Shown here piece after piece: positions 44,194-52,005 of a stretch of DNA of 64,000 nt. Both the position numbers and the translations under genes were made by a program. The stretch is taken from NCBI GenBank assembly GCA_027306595.1, contig DAHUZI010000073.1, positions 88 through 64,087 on the forward strand. The letters are read 5' to 3'. The stretch's first letter is position 1, and each line of letters opens with the position of its first letter. This DNA is from Candidatus Dormiibacterota bacterium. Its GTDB lineage: Bacteria; Chloroflexota; Dormibacteria; Aeolococcales; Bog-877. The notes under the pieces were generated by a model. It did not search any database and was not told where the DNA came from. It worked only from the letters and a program-made list of their open reading frames with translations.

Positions 44194-45006
44194 TCAGGGC
44201 CGGCGGGGGAACTGGTCGAAGGCGGGGGGGCGACGCTCGCGAAACGCATTGCGTCCCTCCTGGGCCTCGGCCGTCATGTAGTAGAGGAGCGTCGCGTCAC
44301 CGGCCAGCTGCTGGATCCCGGCCAGCCCGTCGGCGTCGGCATTGAAGCTCGCCTTGAGGAGCCGGAGCGCGAGCGGGCTGTGCCGCAGCATCTGTCGGCA
44401 CACCGCCACGGTCTGGGCCTCGAGCTCGGCGACCGGCACCACCCGGTTCACCAGACCAAAGCGCAGGGCGGTCTCGGCGTCGTACTGCTCACAGAGGTAC
44501 CAGATCTCGCGGGCCCGCTTCTGCCCGACGATGCGGGCGAGCCCGCCCGCCCCGTACCCGCCGTCGAAGCTGCCCACCCTGGGCCCGGTCTGGCCGAAGC
44601 GGGCGTTGTCGGCCGCGATCGTGAGATCGCAGACCACGTGGAGGACGTGCCCGCCCCCGATGGCGGAGCCCGCCACCATTGCGACGACCGGCTTGGGCAG
44701 CGTCCGGATCTGGCGCTGGAGGTCGAGCACATTGAGCCGGCCGGTCCCCCCCTCGTCGACGTATCCATCGTCGCCCCGGATCCGCTGGTCGCCGCCGGAG
44801 CAGAACGCCTGGGTGCCCGCCCCGGTCAGGATCACGACCCCGACCGCGGGGTCGTCGCGCGCCACGGTGAAGGCTTGGGCCATCTCGGCGACCGTGCGCG
44901 GCCGGAAGGCGTTTCGGACCTCGGGGCGATTGATCGTGATCTTCGCGATCCCCTCCGCAGCGTCGTAGAGGATGTCCGTGTAGCTGCCGCTGCGGATCCA
45001 GTCCAT
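44194..45006 (-). CDS. menB: 1,4-dihydroxy-2-naphthoyl-CoA synthase
   Basis: I start at ATG 45006 ([34 protein letters not shown]). Motifs: [36 protein letters not shown]. Confidence 0.93.
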   Translation of the reverse strand: MDWIRSGSYTDILYDAAEGIAKITINRPEVRNAFRPRTVAEMAQAFTVARDDPAVGVVILTGAGTQAFCSGGDQRIRGDDGYVDEGGTGRLNVLDLQRQIRTLPKPVVAMVAGSAIGGGHVLHVVCDLTIAADNARFGQTGPRVGSFDGGYGAGGLARIVGQKRAREIWYLCEQYDAETALRFGLVNRVVPVAELEAQTVAVCRQMLRHSPLALRLLKASFNADADGLAGIQQLAGDATLLYYMTAEAQEGRNAFRERRPPAFDQFPRRP

Positions 45007-45074
45007 GAAGTGATCACTCCGTGAGCGAGTGCTCGTGCCGTGGGACGATTCTAGGGCGGTCGCCGGCGTCCGGG

Positions 45075-45080
45075 TATGGT
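45075..45080 (+). promoter_or_regulatory. -10 hexamer TATGGT, 6 nt before the menE ATG (leaderless arrangement)
   Basis: cgggTATGGTtcgagcATG. Confidence 0.45.
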
Positions 45081-45086
45081 TCGAGC

Positions 45087-46628
45087 ATGCGCTCACGGAG
45101 TGGCCGCATCGATCTTGTCGCCGATCGGGCGCGGGCGGCCCCGGGTGCCCTGGCGCTGGTCGACCTCGAGGCCGGAGCCCGCTGGACGTGGGGTGAGCTC
45201 GACCGCGCGACGAGCCGCGCGGCCGACCGGCTGCTCGGGCTCGGCGTCCGCCGGGGGGACCGGGTGGCGATCGCCGCGCCGGCGGGAGCGGCCTTCGCCG
45301 CCGCCCTGCACGGCGCCATCCGGATCGGGGCCAGCGTGGTCCCGCTGGACGGGCGCCAGCGGCCCCCCGAGCTCGGCCCGCCACTCGCCGGCTGCTCCCC
45401 GCGCATCGTGCTCGCGGAGGGCGCCGGCGCGGCGGCGGCGGTCGTCCAGGCCTGGCCCGGCGACGGCGGCCGTGTGATCCGGCTCGAGGCCGTAGTGGGG
45501 GAGGGTGGCTCGGACCACACCGCCCACGGGGCGGCGGACGCGGCTGGCGAGGCCGCCGGCGTCGCTGGCCTCGCTCCCGACGACGAGCTTTGCGTCATCC
45601 ACACCTCAGGGACGACCGGGCCGCCCAAGGGGGTCCGCCTCACCCTCGGCAACCAGCTCGCGTCGGCCGCCGGCTGCGCCGAGAGCCTGCGGCTGGGGCC
45701 GAGCGACCACTGGCTGCTCGCGCTGGCGCCCCATCACGTGGGCGGCTTCGCGGTCCTCGTGCGCGGCGCCGCCCTGGGCCAGCCGGTCTCGATCGTGCCG
45801 CGCTTTCGCGAGGCCGCCGTCCTCGGCGCGCTGGCGGCCGGGGGGCCCACCGTCCTCCCGGTCGTCCCAACCATGCTGAGCCGACTGGTGGCTGCGGGCG
45901 GAACCGCCGCGCTCGGTGGGCTGAGGGCGATCCTCCTCGGGGGCGCCCCCGCGCCGGCCCAGGATCTCGCCGCCTGGGTGGGGGCGGGCCTCCCCGTCCA
46001 TCCCAGCTACGGCCTGACGGAGACCGGCTCGCAGGTCGCGACCGCGGCCCCCGCCCTGGCCGGCCGCCTGGGCCCGGTCGCGGGGCGCCCCCACCGCTTC
46101 GCCCGGGTGCGCATCCTGGCCGAGGACGGGTCCGGCGGCGCGCTCCCCCGCGGTCGACCGGGGCGGATCGAGATCCGCGGGCCGGTTGTCTCCCCCGGAT
46201 ACGTCGGGGCGGCGGCCGGTGACGGGGGCCCGACGGGTGGGCGCTTCTTGACCCGCGATCGGGGCCTCATCGGCGCGGACGGGGTTCTGCGCGTGCTGGG
46301 GCGCGCGGACGACGCCATCCTGAGCGGCGGGGAGACCGTGCACCCGGCCGAGGTCGAGGCGGTGTTGGCCCGGCATCCCCTGGTCCGCGACCTCGCGGTG
46401 GTGGGCGTGCCCGACCGTTTGTGGGGTCAGCGAGTCGTCGCGGTGGTGGTCGCGGATCCCGGCGCGCCCCCGGGCCTCGCGGATGACCTCTCCGCGCTCG
46501 CCCGGCAGCACCTGTCCGGCGCGCGCATCCCCCGCGCCTTCCTCCTCGCCGACCGGCTGCCGCGCTCCGCGGGGGGCAAGCTCTTGCGCCGCCGCCTCAG
46601 CGAGCGGGTCAGGCGAGCGGACCGATGA
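45087..46628 (+). CDS. menE: o-Succinylbenzoate-CoA ligase (adenylate-forming)
   Basis: I start at ATG 45087. Motifs: [53 protein letters not shown]. The menE call is by context. Confidence 0.83.
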   Translation: MRSRSGRIDLVADRARAAPGALALVDLEAGARWTWGELDRATSRAADRLLGLGVRRGDRVAIAAPAGAAFAAALHGAIRIGASVVPLDGRQRPPELGPPLAGCSPRIVLAEGAGAAAAVVQAWPGDGGRVIRLEAVVGEGGSDHTAHGAADAAGEAAGVAGLAPDDELCVIHTSGTTGPPKGVRLTLGNQLASAAGCAESLRLGPSDHWLLALAPHHVGGFAVLVRGAALGQPVSIVPRFREAAVLGALAAGGPTVLPVVPTMLSRLVAAGGTAALGGLRAILLGGAPAPAQDLAAWVGAGLPVHPSYGLTETGSQVATAAPALAGRLGPVAGRPHRFARVRILAEDGSGGALPRGRPGRIEIRGPVVSPGYVGAAAGDGGPTGGRFLTRDRGLIGADGVLRVLGRADDAILSGGETVHPAEVEAVLARHPLVRDLAVVGVPDRLWGQRVVAVVVADPGAPPGLADDLSALARQHLSGARIPRAFLLADRLPRSAGGKLLRRRLSERVRRADR

Positions 46629-48342
46629 GGGTCGGCGGCCCCGCCTGGAGCGGGGTGGCCGGCCCGAAGGCGGTGAGGGGAACCGTGTCGGCGCCGCTGG
46701 AGCCGGTGAGGAGGACCTGGGCGAAGCCGTCCACGGTCCGGGCGTAGGCGATCTCACGCCGGCTCGCCGAGACCGCCGCGGCGATGGGCGGCGCGCCCGC
46801 CGCGTTGCGGACCACGGTCTGGACCGTCCCGGTCGCCGCCGATACCCGCAGAAGGCCGCCGCTCGGGCTGTGGGCGAGCAGGGTCACCGCGTCGAGGAAG
46901 GCGATGGGCGTCCCCGCCGCCGACCCGATCGCCGCCGTCGGCGTCGAGGGGTCCCCGGGCCGGTACCACCAGAGCCGGGCCCCCGCCGGACCCACGACCG
47001 CGAAGGCCAGGGCATTCCCGAGCGGGCTCCAGACCGGGTCGACCTGGGCGCCCGTCGGCGGGCCCGCCGGCGGGAGGAACGAGAGCGCCCGCAGTCCGGG
47101 GCTGAGCAGGACGATGCGCGGGGCGGCCGCCGCCCCGTGGCCCGTGGTCGGGGGGCTCCACTCGGCGGCGAGCACCGACCCGTCCGGGCGCCAGGCGATG
47201 GGGCCCCGAAGTCCGGGCTCGCCCGCCAGCGTCGTCACCCCGCCGGTCGTGGGGTCGTAGAGGCGCAGGGCGCCACGGGCGATGTAGGCGAAGCGCGCGC
47301 CGTCGGGGCTCCAGGCCCCGGTCACCGTCGCGGCGCTGTCGGGGATCGTGCCCACGGCGCCGGTCGCAAGGCTCACCAGGCGGAGCAGGTGGCGGCCGGC
47401 CGGCTCCACCACCAGGTGCCGCCCGTCCGGCGCCGGCCAGACGGCGAGCAGCTGGCCGTCGGTCGGTGACCCGTACAGGAGGCGGACCGACGGCGGGTCG
47501 CCCGCCTGGGCGGGCGGGAGGGCCGCCAGCACCTCGGTGAAGCGTTGGGGGTCGGGGCCGGCGGCGAACACGATCGCGGTGGCGCTGCCCGGCCCCCCGG
47601 CGGTGAAGGCGACCCGCACGCCGGCCGCGAGCCGATTGCCATGGACGTCGGTGGCGCCGCGGCCAACGACCAGGGTGTAGCCGGCGCCGGGGGTGAGCGG
47701 TCGGCGGGGCTCGACGAGGAAGCGGGCGGGGTTCTGGCGGCTGACGGCCACGGTCACGCCGCCGGGCGGCTCCGGCCGGAGCCACACCGACCGCGCGACC
47801 GAGCCCGGACGCATCGCGCGGCTGAAGGTGATCGCCGGGGCGGCAAGCGGGCTCACCGTGCCGCCGGGGGCGGGGTCGGTGCCGGTGACGGACGGGGGCC
47901 CCTCGGTGACGAAGAACCACGAGTGGCCCAGGGTGCTCCGGACCCCTGCCCGGCTCTCGATCCCGGCGGCCAGCGAGACCCGGTAGGTCGTGCTGACGCG
48001 GAGCGGCCGGGACGGGTGGACGAGCCGCATCGTCCGCCGGTTGCGGCTCCAGCGAAACCGGCACCCGGTCCGGCCATTGCGCGCCGCCACCGTGATCGAG
48101 CAGCCGGGGATGCCCCGGCCCCGTCGGTCGCGCACGTGCAGGCGGAGCTCCACCGAGCGCTCCGCCATCGGGGCGTCGAAGGCCACCGTGATGGGCCTGT
48201 TGGTCGCCACCCCGCCCGAGCTCGGCGATGGCCGCACCGCCGTGATCTGGGCCGGGGCCGGAAGGCAGCCCGAGGCCAGGAGCCCGACCACGATCGCCAG
48301 GACCAGGCGGGCGGGCCGCGACCGGAGCCGCCCAGTCGTCAG
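46609..48342 (-). CDS. Large lipoprotein with Ig-like (SbsA/Big_5-type) repeats and a TolB/PD40-like beta-propeller region; probable CTG start
   Basis: Track ORF starts at GTG 48291, which would leave no signal n-region. The open frame upstream holds no ATG/GTG/TTG after an in-frame TGA. CTG 48342 gives (M)TTGRLRSRPARLVLAIVVGLLASGC, a full lipoprotein signal, and overlaps the upstream stop as CTGA. 25 of those 26 codons end in G/C. Confidence 0.65.
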   Translation of the reverse strand: MTTGRLRSRPARLVLAIVVGLLASGCLPAPAQITAVRPSPSSGGVATNRPITVAFDAPMAERSVELRLHVRDRRGRGIPGCSITVAARNGRTGCRFRWSRNRRTMRLVHPSRPLRVSTTYRVSLAAGIESRAGVRSTLGHSWFFVTEGPPSVTGTDPAPGGTVSPLAAPAITFSRAMRPGSVARSVWLRPEPPGGVTVAVSRQNPARFLVEPRRPLTPGAGYTLVVGRGATDVHGNRLAAGVRVAFTAGGPGSATAIVFAAGPDPQRFTEVLAALPPAQAGDPPSVRLLYGSPTDGQLLAVWPAPDGRHLVVEPAGRHLLRLVSLATGAVGTIPDSAATVTGAWSPDGARFAYIARGALRLYDPTTGGVTTLAGEPGLRGPIAWRPDGSVLAAEWSPPTTGHGAAAAPRIVLLSPGLRALSFLPPAGPPTGAQVDPVWSPLGNALAFAVVGPAGARLWWYRPGDPSTPTAAIGSAAGTPIAFLDAVTLLAHSPSGGLLRVSAATGTVQTVVRNAAGAPPIAAAVSASRREIAYARTVDGFAQVLLTGSSGADTVPLTAFGPATPLQAGPPTLIGPLA

Positions 48343-49673
48343 CTGGCGGCGGCCGCCGCCCGGTCGACCGCGGCGAGGTCGAGCGCCGTCGGGATGTCAC
48401 GAGGCTGGCAGCGCAGCACCTCGATCCGAGCGGCGCGATCGGTGCAGAGAGCCGACACGGGGTCGGGCTCGGCGACCTGGTCCGGCCGCGTCAAGGTGTA
48501 GCCGCCGAGCACCCCGCCATCGTCGAGGAGCAGGACCCCCCGATCCGAGGGGGTGACCACGACCAGAGCGCCCGTGGTCTGCTCCTCGCCGAGGTACTCG
48601 AGCAGGGCGGGGAAGGTGACGATGCGGGCCGGCAGCCCGGTCAACATCGGCGTCGCCACGACCAGCCGGCCGATGGCGAGGGTGATTGGATCCTCGAGGG
48701 TCACGACGTCGACCAGCCCGCGGCCGGCAGCGATGTCGCCGGCCATGCGCCCGAGCGCCTCGCCGCCCGCCTGGACGCCACCGGCGTCCTGGTGGGACGC
48801 GGCCAGCACGTCGCCCGCCCGCATTAGGAGATGGGCGACGGCCCGGCCGTCCTCCCGAAGCCGGATGTAGCCGGTGAGGTGGTCGTCGCTGATCGCGCGC
48901 AGCATTCGGGGGAAGTTCAGGAAATTGGACTTGAGCCCGATGTTCTGCGGCACCCCGTTGGGCAGCGGCAGCAGCACATCGAGGCCGGGGCTGTTGGGGG
49001 CCCCGATGGCGCGTGCCGCGGGGGTCAGGCTCAGCGGCGCCGAGGGGGCGACGGCGGGCCGCGCGGGCGCGTCGTCGAAGACGGCAGGGGGGGTCGACAT
49101 CGTGGCCATGACCTCGGATGGGGCGAACGCCGGCACGGGCGGCGCCGGCGGCGACGGTTCGGGCGACGAGGGGGCGGTGGCGGCCCACGTCCGCTCCTCG
49201 GCGGGGGCCGGGAAGGTGGCCTCAAAGTCGGCCCGGGCCCCGCCGACCGCGGCCGCCGCGGGCGCGGCCGCCCCCCCGGGCTCAAGCGCGGGCTCGGGGG
49301 GCGTCGCGGCGGGGGGCTCGGGGGGCGCACCTGGTGGGGTGTCATCGAAGGCCGCAGCCGCCGAGGTGAGGAGCTGGCGGCGATCCCACTCGGCGAGCAG
49401 GTCCGCCGTCGAGGCCGTGATCGTCTCCTCGGGCGGCAGCTTGGCGCGGGCGTCGAAGGTGAACGAGCCGCTGTGCCAGCCCAGAGCCTCGAGCACGGCT
49501 GCCTCGCCCTCCTGGCCGTCGCCGACCGCGTGGAAGAGGTGGCCGAAGAGAAAGTACAGAGAGCAGGCGCGACCGCCGCCGGTGACCGAGAGCGTCCCGG
49601 TCGCGCGCTCCTGCTGCATGCCCCGCAGCAGCGAGGCCACGTCCGTGGCGCCGAGATCTCCCTGGATCTGCAC
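48339..49673 (-). CDS. Protein with three DUF4388 (PATAN-like) repeats and a Pro/Ala-rich linker
   Basis: I start at GTG 49673, with GGAG 7 nt upstream. The 34 codons up to the track start 49775 include 9 ending in A/T. Repeats: QIQGDLGATDVASLLRGMQQERATGTLSV..., FPRMLRAISDDHLTGYIRL..., FPALLEYLGEEQTTGALVV.... Confidence 0.62.
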   Translation of the reverse strand: MQIQGDLGATDVASLLRGMQQERATGTLSVTGGGRACSLYFLFGHLFHAVGDGQEGEAAVLEALGWHSGSFTFDARAKLPPEETITASTADLLAEWDRRQLLTSAAAAFDDTPPGAPPEPPAATPPEPALEPGGAAAPAAAAVGGARADFEATFPAPAEERTWAATAPSSPEPSPPAPPVPAFAPSEVMATMSTPPAVFDDAPARPAVAPSAPLSLTPAARAIGAPNSPGLDVLLPLPNGVPQNIGLKSNFLNFPRMLRAISDDHLTGYIRLREDGRAVAHLLMRAGDVLAASHQDAGGVQAGGEALGRMAGDIAAGRGLVDVVTLEDPITLAIGRLVVATPMLTGLPARIVTFPALLEYLGEEQTTGALVVVTPSDRGVLLLDDGGVLGGYTLTRPDQVAEPDPVSALCTDRAARIEVLRCQPRDIPTALDLAAVDRAAAAAS

Positions 49674-49881
49674 GGTCAAACTCCGCAGCCGGCGGAGACC
49701 CTCGCCCGAAGATGGCCACCGACCCGCCGCCGGTGGATCCGGCCGCGACGCACCCGCCGCACCGACCCAGGGCACCCGCGGCCCGGCCCGTCCCCGGGAA
49801 CTCCCCGTCGAATCGGCGCGAGTCTAGCACAGGCCCCGGGCCCGGCCGTGCTCCTGAGCCTCGTCTGCCAGAATCGCGCCG

Positions 49882-50889
49882 GTGAGTTCCCCCCCGGCCT
49901 CCGAGTCGGCACGGTGGGACGCCCGGCTGGCGGCTGCCCCCGCCCCACACCTGCTCCAGTCATGGGGCTGGGGCGAGGTCCAGGGCCGGGCGGGCTGGCG
50001 GGTCCACCGGCTGTGGGTGGACGGCCCGGAGGGTCGCCTGCCGGTGACTGCGCTCGAGAGCGCGAGCGGTGTGGCCGCGGTCCGTGGCCTGCGCCGGCTC
50101 TATGTGCCCCGGGGCCCGGCCGTCGACCCTCGCGATCGGGCCGGCTACGCCCGGGTGGCGAGCGCCCTCCTTGCCCAGGCCCGCGAGGTGGGGGCGGTGC
50201 GGGTGGACGTCGAGGCGCCCTGGGAGGCGGCCGCGGTCGCGCCCACGGTGGCCTGGGCGGCGGCCCCCCCGACCGCGCCGCGCCAGCCGCTGGTGACCTC
50301 GATCGTCGACCTCAGCGGATCGGCGGAGGCTCGGCTCGCCCGCTGCCACCCGAAGACCCGCTACAACATCCGCCTCGCCGAGCGCCGCGGGGTCACCGTG
50401 ACCGAGGAGGGTGGCCCCGAGGCGCTCGCCCGCTGCCTGGCCGCGACCGCATCCCGGCAGGCGATCAGCCTGCCCGGCCCCCGCCATCTGGCGGCGGTGG
50501 CCGCCGCGCTCGGCCCCGCGGCCCGCCCCCTGTTCGCGATGGTCGAGGGCGAGGTGGTGTCCGCGATCGTGGTGGCCGCCTTCGCGGGCGAGGCGATCTA
50601 CCTCTACGGGGGGACGACCGGGCGCTTCCGCGAGCGGATGCCGAACTACCTCCTCCACTGGCACGCCATGGACTGGGCGGTGCGATCGGGCTGCCTTCGC
50701 TACGATCTCTGGGGCGTGCCGCCCACCGACGACCCGGGCCACCGGTGGCACGGATTGCGGCAGTTCAAGCTGGGCTTCGGAGGGCGGACCGTGGTGTACG
50801 CGGGCAGCCGGTCCATGCTGCTCCACCCGGCGCGGGCGCGGGCCCTCGAGCGACTGGAGGCGGCGGCGCGCCGCCTGCGCGCCCGGTGA
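49882..50889 (+). CDS. FemAB-family peptidoglycan bridge-forming (FemX-like) aminoacyltransferase
   Basis: 335 aa from GTG. Motifs: HLLQSWGWGEVQ, RCHPKTRYNIRLAERRGV, IYLYGGTT, PNYLLHWHAMDWAV, YDLWGV, GLRQFKLGFGG. Confidence 0.8.
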   Translation: MSSPPASESARWDARLAAAPAPHLLQSWGWGEVQGRAGWRVHRLWVDGPEGRLPVTALESASGVAAVRGLRRLYVPRGPAVDPRDRAGYARVASALLAQAREVGAVRVDVEAPWEAAAVAPTVAWAAAPPTAPRQPLVTSIVDLSGSAEARLARCHPKTRYNIRLAERRGVTVTEEGGPEALARCLAATASRQAISLPGPRHLAAVAAALGPAARPLFAMVEGEVVSAIVVAAFAGEAIYLYGGTTGRFRERMPNYLLHWHAMDWAVRSGCLRYDLWGVPPTDDPGHRWHGLRQFKLGFGGRTVVYAGSRSMLLHPARARALERLEAAARRLRAR

Positions 50890-51542
50890 GCGCCCCGGAC
50901 GAGCGGCCGGAACACGATCCGGAGCTCGAGGCGGACGGCGGATCCTACTTCCCCACCTACGAGGAGCTCGCCTCCGACCTCCTCGAGTCGCTGGAGGCGA
51001 ACGGGCTGGTCGTTCATGACGTCCGCCACGAGCTGGAGCCGGGCACCGGGGAGCGCCGCTTCGAGTGCGTGGCCCGGCTCCCCGGCGGGGACTCCCCCCA
51101 TCGCTACCACGCCACCCTTCACTTCCACTGGGACGCCCTCCTCACCTACGCGAGCGCCTATGGGCCGGGGGCGGAGTGCGACCTCTACCACGGCGACGAC
51201 GTCCCCTGCCCCCACCGCGAGGGCCGCCCCCAGCCGTTCACCGAGATCGTCGTCGAGTACACCCTGGGGGACGGCGGCTACCAGCTCCGCGACCTCAGCG
51301 AGGTGCCCCACTGGATCGAGACGGCCCGCCAGCTCCTCGAAAAGGCCGCCGCCGGCGACGACCGACCCGCCGTCCACATCGGGCTCTCGTGGCAGGGGGA
51401 CACGACGCTGGTCGAGCGCTTCGTCGCGGAGTCCAGCTGGTATCTGGAGCTCGACGAGCCCCCCGACCTGGGACCGGTCAGCCGGCAGGTCACCGCCACC
51501 CTGCGCCTCACCCCGGGCCTGGCGGACCGGCTCCCGTTCTGA
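50886..51542 (+). CDS. Acidic cytoplasmic protein of unknown function
   Basis: GTG 50886 overlaps the FemX-like TGA (GTGA). It is the last 218 codons of track ORF 48831..51542. GC3 is very high in this frame. No TM segment and no family I recognise. Confidence 0.55.
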   Translation: MSAPDERPEHDPELEADGGSYFPTYEELASDLLESLEANGLVVHDVRHELEPGTGERRFECVARLPGGDSPHRYHATLHFHWDALLTYASAYGPGAECDLYHGDDVPCPHREGRPQPFTEIVVEYTLGDGGYQLRDLSEVPHWIETARQLLEKAAAGDDRPAVHIGLSWQGDTTLVERFVAESSWYLELDEPPDLGPVSRQVTATLRLTPGLADRLPF

Positions 51543-52005
51543 CCGGCGCCAGCCCCTGCGCCCGCGCCAGGGCACGATAGGTCCGACCGGTCGGCGGGTG
51601 ACCCCATCTCGGGGCGACCAGCGCCAGCCCGCGCAGGAGGTACGGGCGCGCGAGGATCGCCGGATGGGGGAGCTCGAGCGCCGCAGTCCGCCACGACCGG
51701 GCCCCGACCGCGAGGATGTCCACGTCGAGGGTCCGGGGTCCCCAGCGCAGGCTGCGCCGCCGGCCGGCGCGCGCCTCCGCCCAGCGGGCCGCCGCCAACC
51801 ACCCCGGGGGATCGAGGTCGGCCCTGGCGCGGATCACGAGGTCGAGGTAGTCGGGTTGGGGCGGCCCTCCCAGCGCCCGAGTGTGCCAGCGCGGGCTGGC
51901 GGCAACCACCGTCACCCCCCGCTCCGCCAGCGCCGTCAGGCCGTCGTCCAGCCACCGCTCCCGGGGCGCCAGGTTGCTGCCCAGCGCGAGCACCGCCTCG
52001 CTCAC
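51508..52005 (-). CDS. folK: 6-hydroxymethyl-7,8-dihydropterin pyrophosphokinase
   Basis: GTG 52005 overlaps the folP TGA (GTGA). Motifs: VLALGSNL, WGPRTLDVDIL, LELPHP. Confidence 0.85.
   Translation of the reverse strand: MSEAVLALGSNLAPRERWLDDGLTALAERGVTVVAASPRWHTRALGGPPQPDYLDLVIRARADLDPPGWLAAARWAEARAGRRRSLRWGPRTLDVDILAVGARSWRTAALELPHPAILARPYLLRGLALVAPRWGHPPTGRTYRALARAQGLAPVRTGAGPPGPG

Noticed and set aside
49674-49775. A 34-codon N-terminal extension of the DUF4388 protein (track start GTG 49775)
   Set aside because: 9 of the 34 codons end in A/T, versus about 1 in 26 in flanking coding sequence. GGAG sits 7 nt before GTG 49673, and the DUF4388 repeat begins right there. It is retained only as an alternative start.
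48831-51542. A 903-aa plus-strand ORF that could be read as one large protein
   Set aside because: Its first 685 or so codons are antisense to the DUF4388 gene or out of frame with the FemX-like gene. Only the last 218 codons, starting at the GTGA junction at 50886, show coding-type third positions and sensible composition.
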